Shown piece by piece: positions 53,967-64,000 of a stretch of DNA of 64,000 bases (within the stretch, counting starts at the first letter, position 1; the number at the start of each line of letters is the position of its first letter). The position numbers were made by a program, and so were the translations under genes. Below the pieces are notes generated by a model. It worked only from the letters and a program-made list of their open reading frames with translations. It was not told the DNA's origin and made no database searches. This DNA comes from an uncultured Pelagibacteraceae bacterium (GTDB taxonomy: Bacteria > Pseudomonadota > Alphaproteobacteria > Pelagibacterales > Pelagibacteraceae). Location: positions 8,284-72,283 of the forward strand of contig CACKBK010000003.1 of assembly GCA_902598425.1 (NCBI GenBank). Direction: 5' to 3'.

Positions 53967-55260
53967 TTTTATAAAAAAATTATTACCTAAACAATTATTT
54001 TATAGAGCATTATTAATTGTTGCAGCACCAATAATTATTTTACAAATAACAATATCAATTGTTTTTTTTGATAGTCTTTGGATAAAAACTAATAAAGGAA
54101 TGACTAGAGCTTTGATTGGTGAAATTAAATTTTTTATAGATGCTTATGATAATGAACAATACAATAAAGATTCTCTTACAAAACTTTTTTTTGAGTCACA
54201 TAATGTAAAAGTAGATTATCTCCCTCATTCGGTTTTACCAAAAGAGGATTTAGAGAGATGGTTTAGCCCGATGGACAGAACATTAAGAAGAGAACTTAAG
54301 TCAGAGTTTTCAAATTATTGGTTTGATACAACTTCTTTAAAGGATTTTATTGATTTAAAAATTAAATATCTAAATGGATATTTTCAGTTTGTTATTCCAA
54401 AAGACAGGGTGGCTAATTCTTCTGCAAGAATTTTTGCTTTATGGATTACCTTACCAGCATTTTTATTAATTATTGTGGCACTAATTTTTTTAAAAAATCA
54501 AACTAGGCCTATTATAAATTTAGCAAAAGCATCTGAAAGGTTTGGTCGAGGTGAAGATATTGGAGAATACAGACCCTCGGGCGCATTAGAGATAAGACAA
54601 GCTGGATATGAGTTTGATAAAATGAGAAAACGTATAATTAGACACTTAAATCAGAGATCAGAAATGTTATCAGGAATAAGCCATGATCTACGAACACCAT
54701 TAACAAGAATTAAACTCCAGCTTGCGTTTATTAAAGATAAAGAAATAGAAAAAAAACTGTCTGATGATGTCATTGAAATGGAAAAAATGCTTAATGAATA
54801 TCTTCAATTCTCTAGCAATAGGTCGAATGAGAAAAGTGAGAATTTTGATATTTCTGATCTAGTATCAAAAACTGTAAGTAAGTATGAAACAAAAAAAATT
54901 TTCTTTGAAAAAAAATCTGAAATTCTTTTTATAGGGAGAAAAAATCTTATAAAAAGATCGTTAAGTAATTTTATCGATAATGCACTAAAATATAGTGATA
55001 AAGTAGTAATTGATATTAAAAAAAGTGCAAACAATATTGTAATTAATATAGACGATAATGGCATAGGTATACCTGAAAAAGAACGAGAAAATGTTTTCAA
55101 ACCATTTTACAAAATAGATAAAAGTAGAGGAGATTCTAAATCAAGTGTTGGTCTTGGGATGTCAATAGCATCAGACATGATACAATCACATGGCGGTAGT
55201 ATTAAGTTGGAAAACTCAAGTTTGGGTGGGTTAAGAGTTAAGATTTTTTTACCTTTTTAA
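53947..55260 (+). CDS. EnvZ-like sensor histidine kinase
   Basis: Two TMs, HAMP, SHDLRTPL, NFIDNALKY, DNGIGI, GLGMSI. Confidence 0.93.
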   Translation: MFYGLNSFIKKLLPKQLFYRALLIVAAPIIILQITISIVFFDSLWIKTNKGMTRALIGEIKFFIDAYDNEQYNKDSLTKLFFESHNVKVDYLPHSVLPKEDLERWFSPMDRTLRRELKSEFSNYWFDTTSLKDFIDLKIKYLNGYFQFVIPKDRVANSSARIFALWITLPAFLLIIVALIFLKNQTRPIINLAKASERFGRGEDIGEYRPSGALEIRQAGYEFDKMRKRIIRHLNQRSEMLSGISHDLRTPLTRIKLQLAFIKDKEIEKKLSDDVIEMEKMLNEYLQFSSNRSNEKSENFDISDLVSKTVSKYETKKIFFEKKSEILFIGRKNLIKRSLSNFIDNALKYSDKVVIDIKKSANNIVINIDDNGIGIPEKERENVFKPFYKIDKSRGDSKSSVGLGMSIASDMIQSHGGSIKLENSSLGGLRVKIFLPF

Positions 55261-55483
55261 TTTTAGCCGATTTGTTTTGTTTATTTAATTTCTTTTCAAG
55301 TATTTCTAGTCTTTTTTTTACTATTTCTAATTCCTCTTTGGTGGATAAATCTAACTTAAAAATAATCTCATCTTTTTTTGACTTTAAAATATTGAGTATT
55401 TCGTTACTAAGATCTTTGTATGATATCAAACCTTGCTCTAATAATTTAGCAATTTTATCAATTACGAATTTTGATTTTGTCAT
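55238..55483 (-). CDS. ubiK: Accessory factor UbiK/BMFP family protein
   Basis: LDLSTKEELE resembles LDLVTREEF; coiled coil; divergent from lgt as in other alphaproteobacteria. Confidence 0.7.
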   Translation of the reverse strand: MTKSKFVIDKIAKLLEQGLISYKDLSNEILNILKSKKDEIIFKLDLSTKEELEIVKKRLEILEKKLNKQNKSAKIKKVKKS

Positions 55484-55530
55484 ATTATGCTTAAAAAAAT
55501 TAATATATCCTTATAATATAATTTTAAATA

Positions 55531-56301
55531 ATGTTTATAAATAATTTTGACCCAGTTGCATTTACCGTGTTTTCAATAGAAATAAGATGGTATTCGTTAG
55601 CATATATTTTTGGAATTTTATTTGGATGGCTGATAATTAAAAAATTTTTAGATAAAGATCAAAAATATTTCAAAAATTTAGATGACCTCTTGACCTATAT
55701 AATTTTAGGTATAATTCTTGGGGGACGATTGGGTTATGTAATTTTATATAACCCGCAATACTATCTAAGTAATTTTTCAGAAGTTTTTATGATATGGAAA
55801 GGTGGTATGTCTTTTCATGGGGGACTAATTGGAGTTATTATAGGAACTTATATATTTTCAAAAAAAAATCATTTCAATCCTTACACATTTTTAGACTTGA
55901 TTTCTTTAGTTGCGCCTATTGGTATTTTCTTTGGAAGAGTTGCCAATTTTTTAAACTCTGAATTGTATGGAAAAGAGACAACTGTTTCATGGGGTGTAAC
56001 TTTTGCAAAGGTTGATAGCGTGTCTCGTCATCCTTCGCAACTTTATGAAGCTGGTTTTGAGGGTATTATACTTTTTTTGATTTTAACTATTTTAGTAAAA
56101 AATAATTTTTTAGAAAGAAAAGGTTTTATATCTGCATTATTTTTAGTGTTTTACTCAACTTTTAGATTTTTTATTGAATTTTTTAGAGAACCAGATCTAC
56201 AAATTGGATATTTATTGTTCAATCTAACACTGGGGCAAATTTTGTGTCTAATTTTTTTTTCAATTGGATTTTTTTTACTAAAGAAAAATGAAAGATTATA
56301 A
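55531..56301 (+). CDS. lgt: Prolipoprotein diacylglyceryl transferase
   Basis: IRWYS, GGRLGY, GGMSFHGG, GRVANF.N.E, HPSQLYE, EFFREPD. Confidence 0.97.
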   Translation: MFINNFDPVAFTVFSIEIRWYSLAYIFGILFGWLIIKKFLDKDQKYFKNLDDLLTYIILGIILGGRLGYVILYNPQYYLSNFSEVFMIWKGGMSFHGGLIGVIIGTYIFSKKNHFNPYTFLDLISLVAPIGIFFGRVANFLNSELYGKETTVSWGVTFAKVDSVSRHPSQLYEAGFEGIILFLILTILVKNNFLERKGFISALFLVFYSTFRFFIEFFREPDLQIGYLLFNLTLGQILCLIFFSIGFFLLKKNERL

Positions 56302-57334
56302 AAATAAGATAATCGGTCTAGATAAATTTATCGAAAATTCATTATACGATAAAAGAGATGGGTATTATATGTCAAAAGATCCTTTTGGTAAGAAAGGTGA
56401 TTTTATAACATCCTCAAATATATCAATTTTCTTTTCAGAGATGCTAGCAATATGGATTTTAAGTTTTTGGGAAAAGTTAAATAAACCAAAAAAAATTAAT
56501 ATTATTGATATGGGTGGAGGTAATGGAGAAATGTCTTTTAATATCTTAAATACTTTAAATAAGTTTTCACAATTTAAAAAAAATTATTGTTTTTATATTC
56601 ATGAGAAAAGTCCATATCTCAAAAGAAAACAGAAATTTAAAATTAAAAATAGTAGTATAATTTGGATTAATAATTTGGAAAAAATTAAAGGCGGTCCATG
56701 TTTATTTTTAGCCAACGAATTTTTTGACTCGTTTCCTATTAAGCAATTTTTAAAGAAAGATAAAGCTTGGTTTGAGAGAAAAGTAAAATTTTCTAGAAAC
56801 AAAAGTTTAGTTTATGTCGACCAAAAAACCAATATAAAGTCTTTAGATAAAAAAATAGGAATTAAGTTAAGTAACAATCAAACATTTATAGAAATTTCTG
56901 AAAATACGATCAAATATTTAAAGTCTATTTATAAAATAATTGCAAAAAAAAATGGTGGTCTTCTGATTATTGATTACGGTTATTTTGACAAAAAGATGAA
57001 AAATACATTACGAGGTTTTTCAAATCATAAAATTGTCAATATTTTAGAGCATTATAAAAAATGTGATATTACACATAGTTTACCCTTTGATTTTTTAAAA
57101 AAAATTGCAAAAAAAGTTGGATTTAATATTTCTGGAATTACAACACAGGGCAGTTTTTTGAAAAAGTTAGGTATTGTTGAAAGAGCAGAAATGGTATCAA
57201 AAAAAATGAATTTTTCGGATAAGGCAAACATTTATTATAGGTTAGAAAAGTTGATTGGAAAACAATATATGGGTGATGTTTTTAAAGTGATGCTTCTAAC
57301 AAATAACAAAACTAAATTTAAAATTGGTTTTTAA
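56288..57334 (+). CDS. SAM-dependent methyltransferase, MidA/NDUFAF7 family
   Basis: GYY, GDFITS, DMGGGNG, ANEFFDSFP, IDYG, DIT; lgt-NDUFAF7-pgeF synteny. Confidence 0.9.
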   Translation: MKDYKNKIIGLDKFIENSLYDKRDGYYMSKDPFGKKGDFITSSNISIFFSEMLAIWILSFWEKLNKPKKINIIDMGGGNGEMSFNILNTLNKFSQFKKNYCFYIHEKSPYLKRKQKFKIKNSSIIWINNLEKIKGGPCLFLANEFFDSFPIKQFLKKDKAWFERKVKFSRNKSLVYVDQKTNIKSLDKKIGIKLSNNQTFIEISENTIKYLKSIYKIIAKKNGGLLIIDYGYFDKKMKNTLRGFSNHKIVNILEHYKKCDITHSLPFDFLKKIAKKVGFNISGITTQGSFLKKLGIVERAEMVSKKMNFSDKANIYYRLEKLIGKQYMGDVFKVMLLTNNKTKFKIGF

Positions 57335-57336
57335 AA

Positions 57337-58092
57337 TTGATTAAGACAAAAAAATTATCGTCCCAAAGAAGTGTTACATATGGGTTTTTTGGATCGAGAG
57401 GAGGTGTCTCAAAAGGAATTTATAAAAGTTTAAATTGTGGAGTTGGATCAAACGATAAACAAAAAAATATAAAAAAAAATTTAAATATTGTATTAAAAAA
57501 ACTAAAATCAAATATAAAAAAAATTCATTTACCAAAACAAATTCATAGCAATAAATTTTATTTTATTAAGAATAAATCAATCAAAAGTAGATTTAAGTGT
57601 GATGCATTAATAACCAAACAAATTAATACCCCTATAGGAGTGTTAACGGCCGATTGTGCACCAATAGTTTTATTTGATCCAAATAAAGAGATAATTTCAG
57701 TAATACATGCAGGCTGGAGGGGAGCTCTTAGTGGAATAGTTAAGAATGTGACCAATTTTTTTATTAAAGAAGGATCAAAAGTTGAAAGTCTTGAAATTAT
57801 AATTGGACCCTGTATATCGCAAAATAGTTATGAAGTAAAAGATGATTTTTTAAAAAAATTTCTTAAAAAAGATAAAAAAAATAAAATTTTTTTTAAATCT
57901 AAAAATAAAAAATATTTTTTTAATCTCAAACAGTACATTATATTAGAGATGAAAAAGCTTGGGATAAAAAAAATTAAACTTATTAATAAAGACACCTTTT
58001 CAGGGGTAAATACTTATTTTAGTGCAAGAAGATCACTGAAAAAAAAAGAAAATGATTATGGTAGAAATCTCTCATTAATTATGATTAATTAG
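57337..58092 (+). CDS. pgeF: Peptidoglycan editing factor PgeF / purine nucleoside phosphorylase YfiH
   Basis: SLNCG, QIHS, DALIT, TADCAP, HAGWRG, GPCI, FSAR. Confidence 0.92.
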   Translation: MIKTKKLSSQRSVTYGFFGSRGGVSKGIYKSLNCGVGSNDKQKNIKKNLNIVLKKLKSNIKKIHLPKQIHSNKFYFIKNKSIKSRFKCDALITKQINTPIGVLTADCAPIVLFDPNKEIISVIHAGWRGALSGIVKNVTNFFIKEGSKVESLEIIIGPCISQNSYEVKDDFLKKFLKKDKKNKIFFKSKNKKYFFNLKQYIILEMKKLGIKKIKLINKDTFSGVNTYFSARRSLKKKENDYGRNLSLIMIN

Positions 58093-58101
58093 GTTGTCTC
58101 A

Positions 58102-59034
58102 ATGAAATTATTAACCGGAAATAGTAATAAACATTTAAGCGTTAAGTTATCAAAATATCTTAAAACAAAACTTGTTAATTCAAATATAAGAAAATTTTCT
58201 GATGGTGAGATATATGTAGAGATTAATGAAAATATTAGAGGTAATAATATTTTTTTGGTTCAATCTATATCATCACCTGCTAACGATAATCTGCTTGAAA
58301 TGTTATTATGTATCGATGCTTTGAAAAGATCATCAGCAAAAAATATTACTGCAGTAATTCCCTATTTTGGCTATGCAAGACAAGATCGAAAGGTAGTTCC
58401 AAGAACTTCTATATCCGCAAAACTTATATCGAACCTTATAACCAAGGCTGGTGCAGATAGAGTTGTGACTGTTGATTTGCATGCAGGACAAATTCAAGGA
58501 TTTTTTGATATTCCAGTAGACAACTTATATGCTACGCCAATATTTTTTAGACATATTAAAAAGAAATTAAAATTAAATAATATTGTTTGTGTTTCACCTG
58601 ATGTTGGAGGGGTAGCAAGAACAAGAGGATTGAGTAAACTTTTAAATGTTAATTTAGCCATTGTGGATAAAAGAAGACCTGCTCCTGGAAAATCAGAGGT
58701 TATGAATATCATTGGAGATGTAAAAAATAAAATATGTATCATGGTTGATGACATAATTGACTCTGGAGGAACAATTGTAAACGCTGCAAAAATGTTAAAA
58801 AGTAAGGGTGCTAAAGAAATTCATGTTTACATTACCCATGGAGTACTTAGTGGTGATGCGGTCAAAAAAATTAGAAATTCTCCAATAAAAAATTTAGTAG
58901 TAACAGATACAATTGATAATTCTAAAAAATTAAAAAATGCAAAAAACATTGAGGTATTGAGTATATCTAATTTACTTGGAGAGGCTTTAAAAAGAATTTC
59001 AAATTCCACATCGGTCTCGGATTTGTTCAAATAA
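58102..59034 (+). CDS. prs: Ribose-phosphate pyrophosphokinase
   Basis: FSDGE, PYFGYARQDR, DLHAGQIQGFF, SPDVGG, VDDIIDSGGT. Confidence 0.98.
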   Translation: MKLLTGNSNKHLSVKLSKYLKTKLVNSNIRKFSDGEIYVEINENIRGNNIFLVQSISSPANDNLLEMLLCIDALKRSSAKNITAVIPYFGYARQDRKVVPRTSISAKLISNLITKAGADRVVTVDLHAGQIQGFFDIPVDNLYATPIFFRHIKKKLKLNNIVCVSPDVGGVARTRGLSKLLNVNLAIVDKRRPAPGKSEVMNIIGDVKNKICIMVDDIIDSGGTIVNAAKMLKSKGAKEIHVYITHGVLSGDAVKKIRNSPIKNLVVTDTIDNSKKLKNAKNIEVLSISNLLGEALKRISNSTSVSDLFK

Positions 59035-59039
59035 TTTAC

Positions 59040-59068
59040 TTGAGTTATTAAATAAGTTGGGTTAAAAC
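59040..59068 (+). promoter_or_regulatory. Putative rplY-pth-ychF promoter
   Basis: TTGAGT, 17 nt, TAAAAC, followed by GCG discriminator, 12 nt before the ATG. Confidence 0.45.
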
Positions 59069-59080
59069 GCGTCTAATTTT

Positions 59081-59836
59081 ATGAATTCAATTGAAGCAAA
59101 CTTAAGAGTAACAAAAACAAAAGGTGACCTTAATTCATTGAGGGCTAAAGGTGAAATTCCTGCTGTTATTTATGGCGGTAAAGAGAAAAATCAAAATATA
59201 TCTTTTTCAAAAAAAATTCTTAAAACATTTATAGATAAAGAAAATTTCTTATCAAATATAATTAATATTAAGATTGAGGGAAAAGATTTAAATGTTTTAC
59301 CAAGAGAAGTGGTTTTTGATACGGTTACTGATGAACCAATACATGTTGATTTTTTGAGAATTGTAAAAGGGGGGAAAGTTAAACTTGAAATTCCAGTTAA
59401 ATTTATTAATTCGGAAAATTCGCCTGGTTTAAAAAGAGGTGGTGTTCTTAACATAGTAAGAAGAAAAGTAGAATTAAATTGCCCCACAGAAAATATTCCA
59501 TCAGAGTTAATTGTCGATCTAGATGGTGTGGATATTGGTCAAAGTTTCAAAATTTCCTCAATTAAACTTCCAGAAAATGTTGAACCGACAATTAGAGGAA
59601 GAGACTTTGTAGTAGCAACACTTGCTGCACCAACTGTAATTAAAGAACCTGAAAAGCCTGCAGAGGCTGCGGAAGGAGCTGAGGGTGCTGATGGAGAAGC
59701 TGCAGCAGCAGAGGGCGCCGAAGGAGAAGCTAAGGCAGCATCACCAGACTCAGATAAGGGCGAGAAAAAAGACGATACAAAAAAAGGTGATGATAAAAAA
59801 GCTCCTGCTGATAAAAAAGCTGCAGACAAGAAATAA
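59081..59836 (+). CDS. rplY: 50S ribosomal protein L25/general stress protein Ctc
   Basis: IPAVIYG, HVDF, PGLKRGG, TL5 C-domain, Ala/Glu/Lys-rich tail. Confidence 0.96.
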   Translation: MNSIEANLRVTKTKGDLNSLRAKGEIPAVIYGGKEKNQNISFSKKILKTFIDKENFLSNIINIKIEGKDLNVLPREVVFDTVTDEPIHVDFLRIVKGGKVKLEIPVKFINSENSPGLKRGGVLNIVRRKVELNCPTENIPSELIVDLDGVDIGQSFKISSIKLPENVEPTIRGRDFVVATLAAPTVIKEPEKPAEAAEGAEGADGEAAAAEGAEGEAKAASPDSDKGEKKDDTKKGDDKKAPADKKAADKK

Positions 59837-59866
59837 CTTAATTGGAAACTCTAAATAACTCATAAT

Positions 59867-60427
59867 ATGCTTTTATTTGTAGGCTTAGGTAACCCCACGC
59901 CAAATTCTGAGAATAATAGACATAACATTGGTTTTAAAATTATTGATGCAATAAATCAAAAGTTTGGATTATCAAAACAAAAACCAAAATTTAAGGGTTT
60001 ATTAACTACAGGTACTATAAGTGGTAAAAAGGTTTATGCTATAAAACCCCTTACATTTATGAATAACTCAGGTGTTTGCATCAGAGAATTAATTGAATAT
60101 TTTAAAATTGATGCTGAGGATGTAATCGTTTTTCATGATGACCTAGATATAGACTTTGGAAAGATAAAAACAAAATTTGGAGGATCCAGTGCAGGGCATA
60201 ATGGTATTGAATCAATAGATAAATTTATCGGAAAAGAATATTCTAGAGTAAGAATTGGTATTGGTCAGCCAAAAAATAACATTCAAGTTGCAGAACACGT
60301 TCTTCAAGATTTTAATGATGAAGAAAAAGAGGAAATTGGAACAATAACAAAAAATATAACAGAATCACTTCCAATTTTGTTAGATAAAAAGTTGGATCTA
60401 TTTTCAAGCACTGTTAATAATAAATAA
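59867..60427 (+). CDS. pth: Peptidyl-tRNA hydrolase
   Basis: VGLGNP, NRHNIGF, TFMNNSG, HDDLD, GHNG, RIGIG. Confidence 0.97.
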   Translation: MLLFVGLGNPTPNSENNRHNIGFKIIDAINQKFGLSKQKPKFKGLLTTGTISGKKVYAIKPLTFMNNSGVCIRELIEYFKIDAEDVIVFHDDLDIDFGKIKTKFGGSSAGHNGIESIDKFIGKEYSRVRIGIGQPKNNIQVAEHVLQDFNDEEKEEIGTITKNITESLPILLDKKLDLFSSTVNNK

Positions 60428-61500
60428 TGGGATTTAAGTGTGGTATAGTTGGGTTACCAAATGTTGGTAAGTCTACTTTATTTAATGCTTTGACAAATTC
60501 TAATAAAGCTCAGGCGGAGAATTTCCCGTTTTGTACAATTGATCCAAATATTGGAATAGTTCCAGTACCAGACGAGAGACTTGATAAGTTAGCGGAAATA
60601 TCATCATCAAAAAAAAAAATTAATACTACAATTTCTTTCGTCGATATAGCCGGCTTAGTAAAAGGTGCATCTAAAGGTGAAGGCCTAGGGAATAAATTTT
60701 TATCTCATATACGAGAGGTGGATGCAATATTGCACATGATAAGATGTTTTGACTCCTCAAATATTCAAAATGTCAATCAAACAGTTGATCCTGTTAGAGA
60801 TTTAGAAATAATTGAGACAGAAATGATGCTGGCTGATCTTGAGTCAATACAAAAAAGATTAGATAAAAAAAATAAAAAAAGCTTAGATAAGGAACAGCAA
60901 GATATTTTAGAGACTACCGCAGACTGTTTAAATAATAATAAAGACCTAATCAAAATAAATGAAAAATTTGATCTTGCTACCATAAATAAATCTGGTCTTC
61001 TATCGCTTAAACCTAAAATATACGTATGTAATGTAGACGAGAAAAGTATTAAAAATGGAAATGAATATACTAATTTATTCACTGAAAAATTTGGTAAAAA
61101 AAATACATTAATAATTTCAGCAGATATTGAAAATCAAATTAATCAATTAAGCAACGAGGAAAAAGTAAACTACATGAAAATGATTGGTTCGGATGAAACA
61201 GGCCTAAAATTAATGATCAAAAAAGGTTATGATATATTAGAATTAGACACATTTTTTACATCTGGTCCTGAAGAAACAAGAGCATGGACCATTAAAAAGA
61301 ATAGTACTGCACCTAATGCTGCTGGCAAAATACACTCAGATTTTGAGAAAGGATTTATTAAAGCAGAGACTGTTTCTTATCTAGATTTCATAAACAATCA
61401 AGGTTGGACACAATCTAGAAGTAGTGGAAAAATGAGGTTAGAGGGTAAAGACTATATCGTAAAAGATGGCGATGTATTAAACTTCAGATTCAACACGTGA
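60427..61500 (+). CDS. ychF: Redox-regulated ATPase YchF
   Basis: GLPNVGKST, NFPFCTIDPN, DIAGLVKGAS, TGS domain, EGKDYIVKDGD. Confidence 0.97.
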   Translation: MGFKCGIVGLPNVGKSTLFNALTNSNKAQAENFPFCTIDPNIGIVPVPDERLDKLAEISSSKKKINTTISFVDIAGLVKGASKGEGLGNKFLSHIREVDAILHMIRCFDSSNIQNVNQTVDPVRDLEIIETEMMLADLESIQKRLDKKNKKSLDKEQQDILETTADCLNNNKDLIKINEKFDLATINKSGLLSLKPKIYVCNVDEKSIKNGNEYTNLFTEKFGKKNTLIISADIENQINQLSNEEKVNYMKMIGSDETGLKLMIKKGYDILELDTFFTSGPEETRAWTIKKNSTAPNAAGKIHSDFEKGFIKAETVSYLDFINNQGWTQSRSSGKMRLEGKDYIVKDGDVLNFRFNT

Positions 61501-62253
61501 CCAAATTTTTTTCATACTGAAATAAACTAGTATAGTCAAAATAGTCAAATATATAATTGCTCTAAAGCCCATTTTATGTCTTGCCTCTAAATGTGGCTCT
61601 GCTGACCACATCAAAAACGTAACAACATCCTTCGCCATTTGCTCTTCTGTAGCTAAAGTACCATCTCCATACTCTATTAAGTCATCCTCAAGAACTTTTG
61701 GCATTTTAATTTTGTTTCCATACATAAACTTATTGTAATAAACACCTTCATCTAAAGTAACTCCAGCTGGAGGCTCTGTATAACCTAATAAGACTGAATA
61801 AAGATAATCTACACCTCCTTTTCTAGCTTTAGCCAAAACAGACATGTCTGGTGGGTAAGCACCTCCATTAGCTGCTTGGGCTGCCTTCTCATTTGGATAT
61901 GGCATTGGAAATTTATCAGATAATCTTGCGGGTCTTGAAAACATTTCTCCATCAGCATTTGGTCCATCAGTGACCTCAAAACTTGCTGCTATAGATTTTG
62001 CTTGTGCCTCTGAAAATTCAGGCCCACCCTTTTCCATTAAATTTCTATAATTTAAATATTTCATTGAATGGCAGGCTGCACACACTTCGGTGTACACTTG
62101 ATATCCTCTTTGCAATGATGATCTATCAAACTTGCCTAGAGGTCCTTTAAAAGACCAATCTGTCTTTAATAATTCAACTTTTTCAGCGCTATTTATTTTA
62201 AAAGGTACAGTAAAAAATATAAAAGTGATTAATAGAATTTTAAAAGCTCTCAC
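61477..62253 (-). CDS. petC: Cytochrome c1
   Basis: RGYQVY.EVCAACH, PPDMS, MP, C-terminal TM. Confidence 0.96.
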   Translation of the reverse strand: MRAFKILLITFIFFTVPFKINSAEKVELLKTDWSFKGPLGKFDRSSLQRGYQVYTEVCAACHSMKYLNYRNLMEKGGPEFSEAQAKSIAASFEVTDGPNADGEMFSRPARLSDKFPMPYPNEKAAQAANGGAYPPDMSVLAKARKGGVDYLYSVLLGYTEPPAGVTLDEGVYYNKFMYGNKIKMPKVLEDDLIEYGDGTLATEEQMAKDVVTFLMWSAEPHLEARHKMGFRAIIYLTILTILVYFSMKKIWSRVESEV

Positions 62254-62256
62254 TCC

Positions 62257-63516
62257 TTAACCCTCTTTTTTATCACTTTTTGCCATAGATAAATTGGCTG
62301 ATCCTCCTAAAACTGGATCTGATATACTAAATGGTAAAGGCAGAGTTTTCTCTTTAAATCCAAGTAATGGAAGAATTATTAAAAAGTGCGCAAAATAATA
62401 AGCAGTAGCAACTCTTGCGATTAGTAAATATAATCCCTCAGCTGGCATTGCTCCCACGTATCCTAAAACTAGTACGTCTAAAACTAAAATCCAATAAAAT
62501 TGTCTATACAAAGGTCTAAATACAGCAGATCTTATTTTGGATGTGTCTAACCACGGCAAGGCAGCGAGTATTAAAATTGCAGATAACATTGCTATCACCC
62601 CTAAGAGCTTATCTGGTACAGATCTTAAAATTGCATAAAAAGGTAATAAGTACCACTCCGGTACAATATGCGCTGGTGTTACCATTGGATTGGCCTCAAT
62701 ATAATTATCTGCGTGCCCTAAAACGTTTGGAGAATAAAAAACAAAAAAAGCAAAAATTATCATAAACATCAATAATGCGAATGTATCCTTGATTACAATA
62801 TACGGATGAAATGGAACCGTATCTTTTGATGGTTTCTTTATATCAATACCAACTGGGTTGTTATTTCCAGGAACGTGTAATGCCCAAATATGTAATACAA
62901 CTAAACCTAATATTAAAAATGGAATTAAATAATGTAATGTAAAAAATCTTGTAAGCGTAGGATTATCAACAGAATAGCCGCCCCATAACCATGTGACTAT
63001 ACCTTCTCCAACTAGTGGAATAGCACTAAAAAGATTTGTTATAACTGTTGCTCCCCAAAAACTCATTTGTCCCCATGGAAGAACATATCCCATAAATGCA
63101 GCAGCCATCATAAGTAAATAAATTATAATTCCTAATATCCAGATTATCTCTCTTGGAGCTTTATAAGATCCATAAAATAGAGATCTAAATATATGAATGT
63201 AAACGGCTAAAAAAAACATAGAGGCTCCATTGGAATGAATGTATCTAATTAACCAACCGTAATTTACATCTCTCATGATATGCTCAACACTATCAAAGGC
63301 CATATCAGCATGAGCAATATAATGCATGGCTAATGTTAAGCCTGTAACAATCTGTGTAATTAAACAAAAAGTTAAAATACCTCCAAATGTCCACCAATAA
63401 TTTAGATTTTTTGGTGTTGGGTAATCAGTAAGATGGTTTGCTAATGACAATAGAGGTAATCTATCGTTAAACCACTTTCCGAATTTAGATTTTGGTGTGT
63501 AATTATGATCACTCAT
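62257..63516 (-). CDS. petB: Cytochrome b
   Basis: [34 protein letters not shown]. Confidence 0.98.
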   Translation of the reverse strand: MSDHNYTPKSKFGKWFNDRLPLLSLANHLTDYPTPKNLNYWWTFGGILTFCLITQIVTGLTLAMHYIAHADMAFDSVEHIMRDVNYGWLIRYIHSNGASMFFLAVYIHIFRSLFYGSYKAPREIIWILGIIIYLLMMAAAFMGYVLPWGQMSFWGATVITNLFSAIPLVGEGIVTWLWGGYSVDNPTLTRFFTLHYLIPFLILGLVVLHIWALHVPGNNNPVGIDIKKPSKDTVPFHPYIVIKDTFALLMFMIIFAFFVFYSPNVLGHADNYIEANPMVTPAHIVPEWYLLPFYAILRSVPDKLLGVIAMLSAILILAALPWLDTSKIRSAVFRPLYRQFYWILVLDVLVLGYVGAMPAEGLYLLIARVATAYYFAHFLIILPLLGFKEKTLPLPFSISDPVLGGSANLSMAKSDKKEG

Positions 63517-63521
63517 TAGTT

Positions 63522-64000
63522 TTATCCAATTTTAATTATGTTATTTTCTAAAAATTCATAGTTCGGGATTGACATATTTGTTGGTGCAGGTCCTTTTCTA
63601 ATTCTTCCAGATGTATCGTAATGTGATCCGTGACATGGACAAAACCAACCATTGTAGTCTCCTTTATCATTTAAAGGTACGCAGCCAAGATGAGTACAAA
63701 CTCCTAACATCACAAGCCACTCTGGATTTTTCGCTCTATCCTCATCTTTTTCTGGATCTGGTAAATCTTCCATCCTTACAGACCTTGCTTCATCAATTTC
63801 ATTTTGAGTTCTTCTTTTAATAAATACTGGTTTGCCTCTCCACAAAACAGTTATGGTTTTGCCAGGTTCAACTGAACTCACGTCTACTTCTGTGCTAGCT
63901 AAAGCTTTTACAGATGCGTCAGGGTTCATTTGATCTACTAAGGGCCATACTGTAGCTGCAACACCCACCGCACCAACAGCATAAGTTGCTGTGAATATAA
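63522..64000 (-). CDS. petA: Ubiquinol-cytochrome c reductase Rieske Fe-S subunit (5' end beyond the window)
   Basis: CTHLGC and CPCHGS; frame stays open to the window edge ([12 protein letters not shown], Tat/TM region). Confidence 0.96.
   Translation of the reverse strand, partial: IFTATYAVGAVGVAATVWPLVDQMNPDASVKALASTEVDVSSVEPGKTITVLWRGKPVFIKRRTQNEIDEARSVRMEDLPDPEKDEDRAKNPEWLVMLGVCTHLGCVPLNDKGDYNGWFCPCHGSHYDTSGRIRKGPAPTNMSIPNYEFLENNIIKIG

Overview
Very AT-rich, gene-dense alphaproteobacterial chromosome segment. Its streamlined layout and protein sequences point to Pelagibacterales/SAR11 (inference). Mostly core genes in this order: uvrD 3' end, pepP, ligA, bamD, lpxC, the dcw cell-wall/division cluster, rnpB, an amidase, mlaA/mlaC, tRNA-Ile2(CAT), rpoD-dnaG-yqeY, carAB, trxB, an aspartate aminotransferase, uvrB-SDR-folB-uvrC-pgsA, ilvE, marR-ompR-envZ-like regulators, ubiK, lgt-NDUFAF7-pgeF-prs, rplY-pth-ychF and petCBA (petA partial). 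The best candidate for an undescribed system is an accessory cell-surface block around tRNA-Ile2 (25.6-32.7 kb). It carries a tightly coupled three-gene unit: DUF4956 membrane protein, membrane-anchored CotH-family kinase with a beta-helix, and a VTC polyphosphate-polymerase-domain protein. It is flanked by an O-antigen-ligase-like gene, a methyltransferase and an uncharacterised polytopic membrane protein. The dcw cluster is also unusual: ftsZ has moved between mraZ and rsmH, FtsA is cut to 232 aa, and murE-murF are fused. A 66-aa ORF missing from the ORF track appears between mraZ and ftsZ if one homopolymer base is removed. Two apparent +1 homopolymer frameshifts (pepP, mraZ) may be sequencing errors. 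No CRISPR array, IS element, integrase or rRNA was seen.
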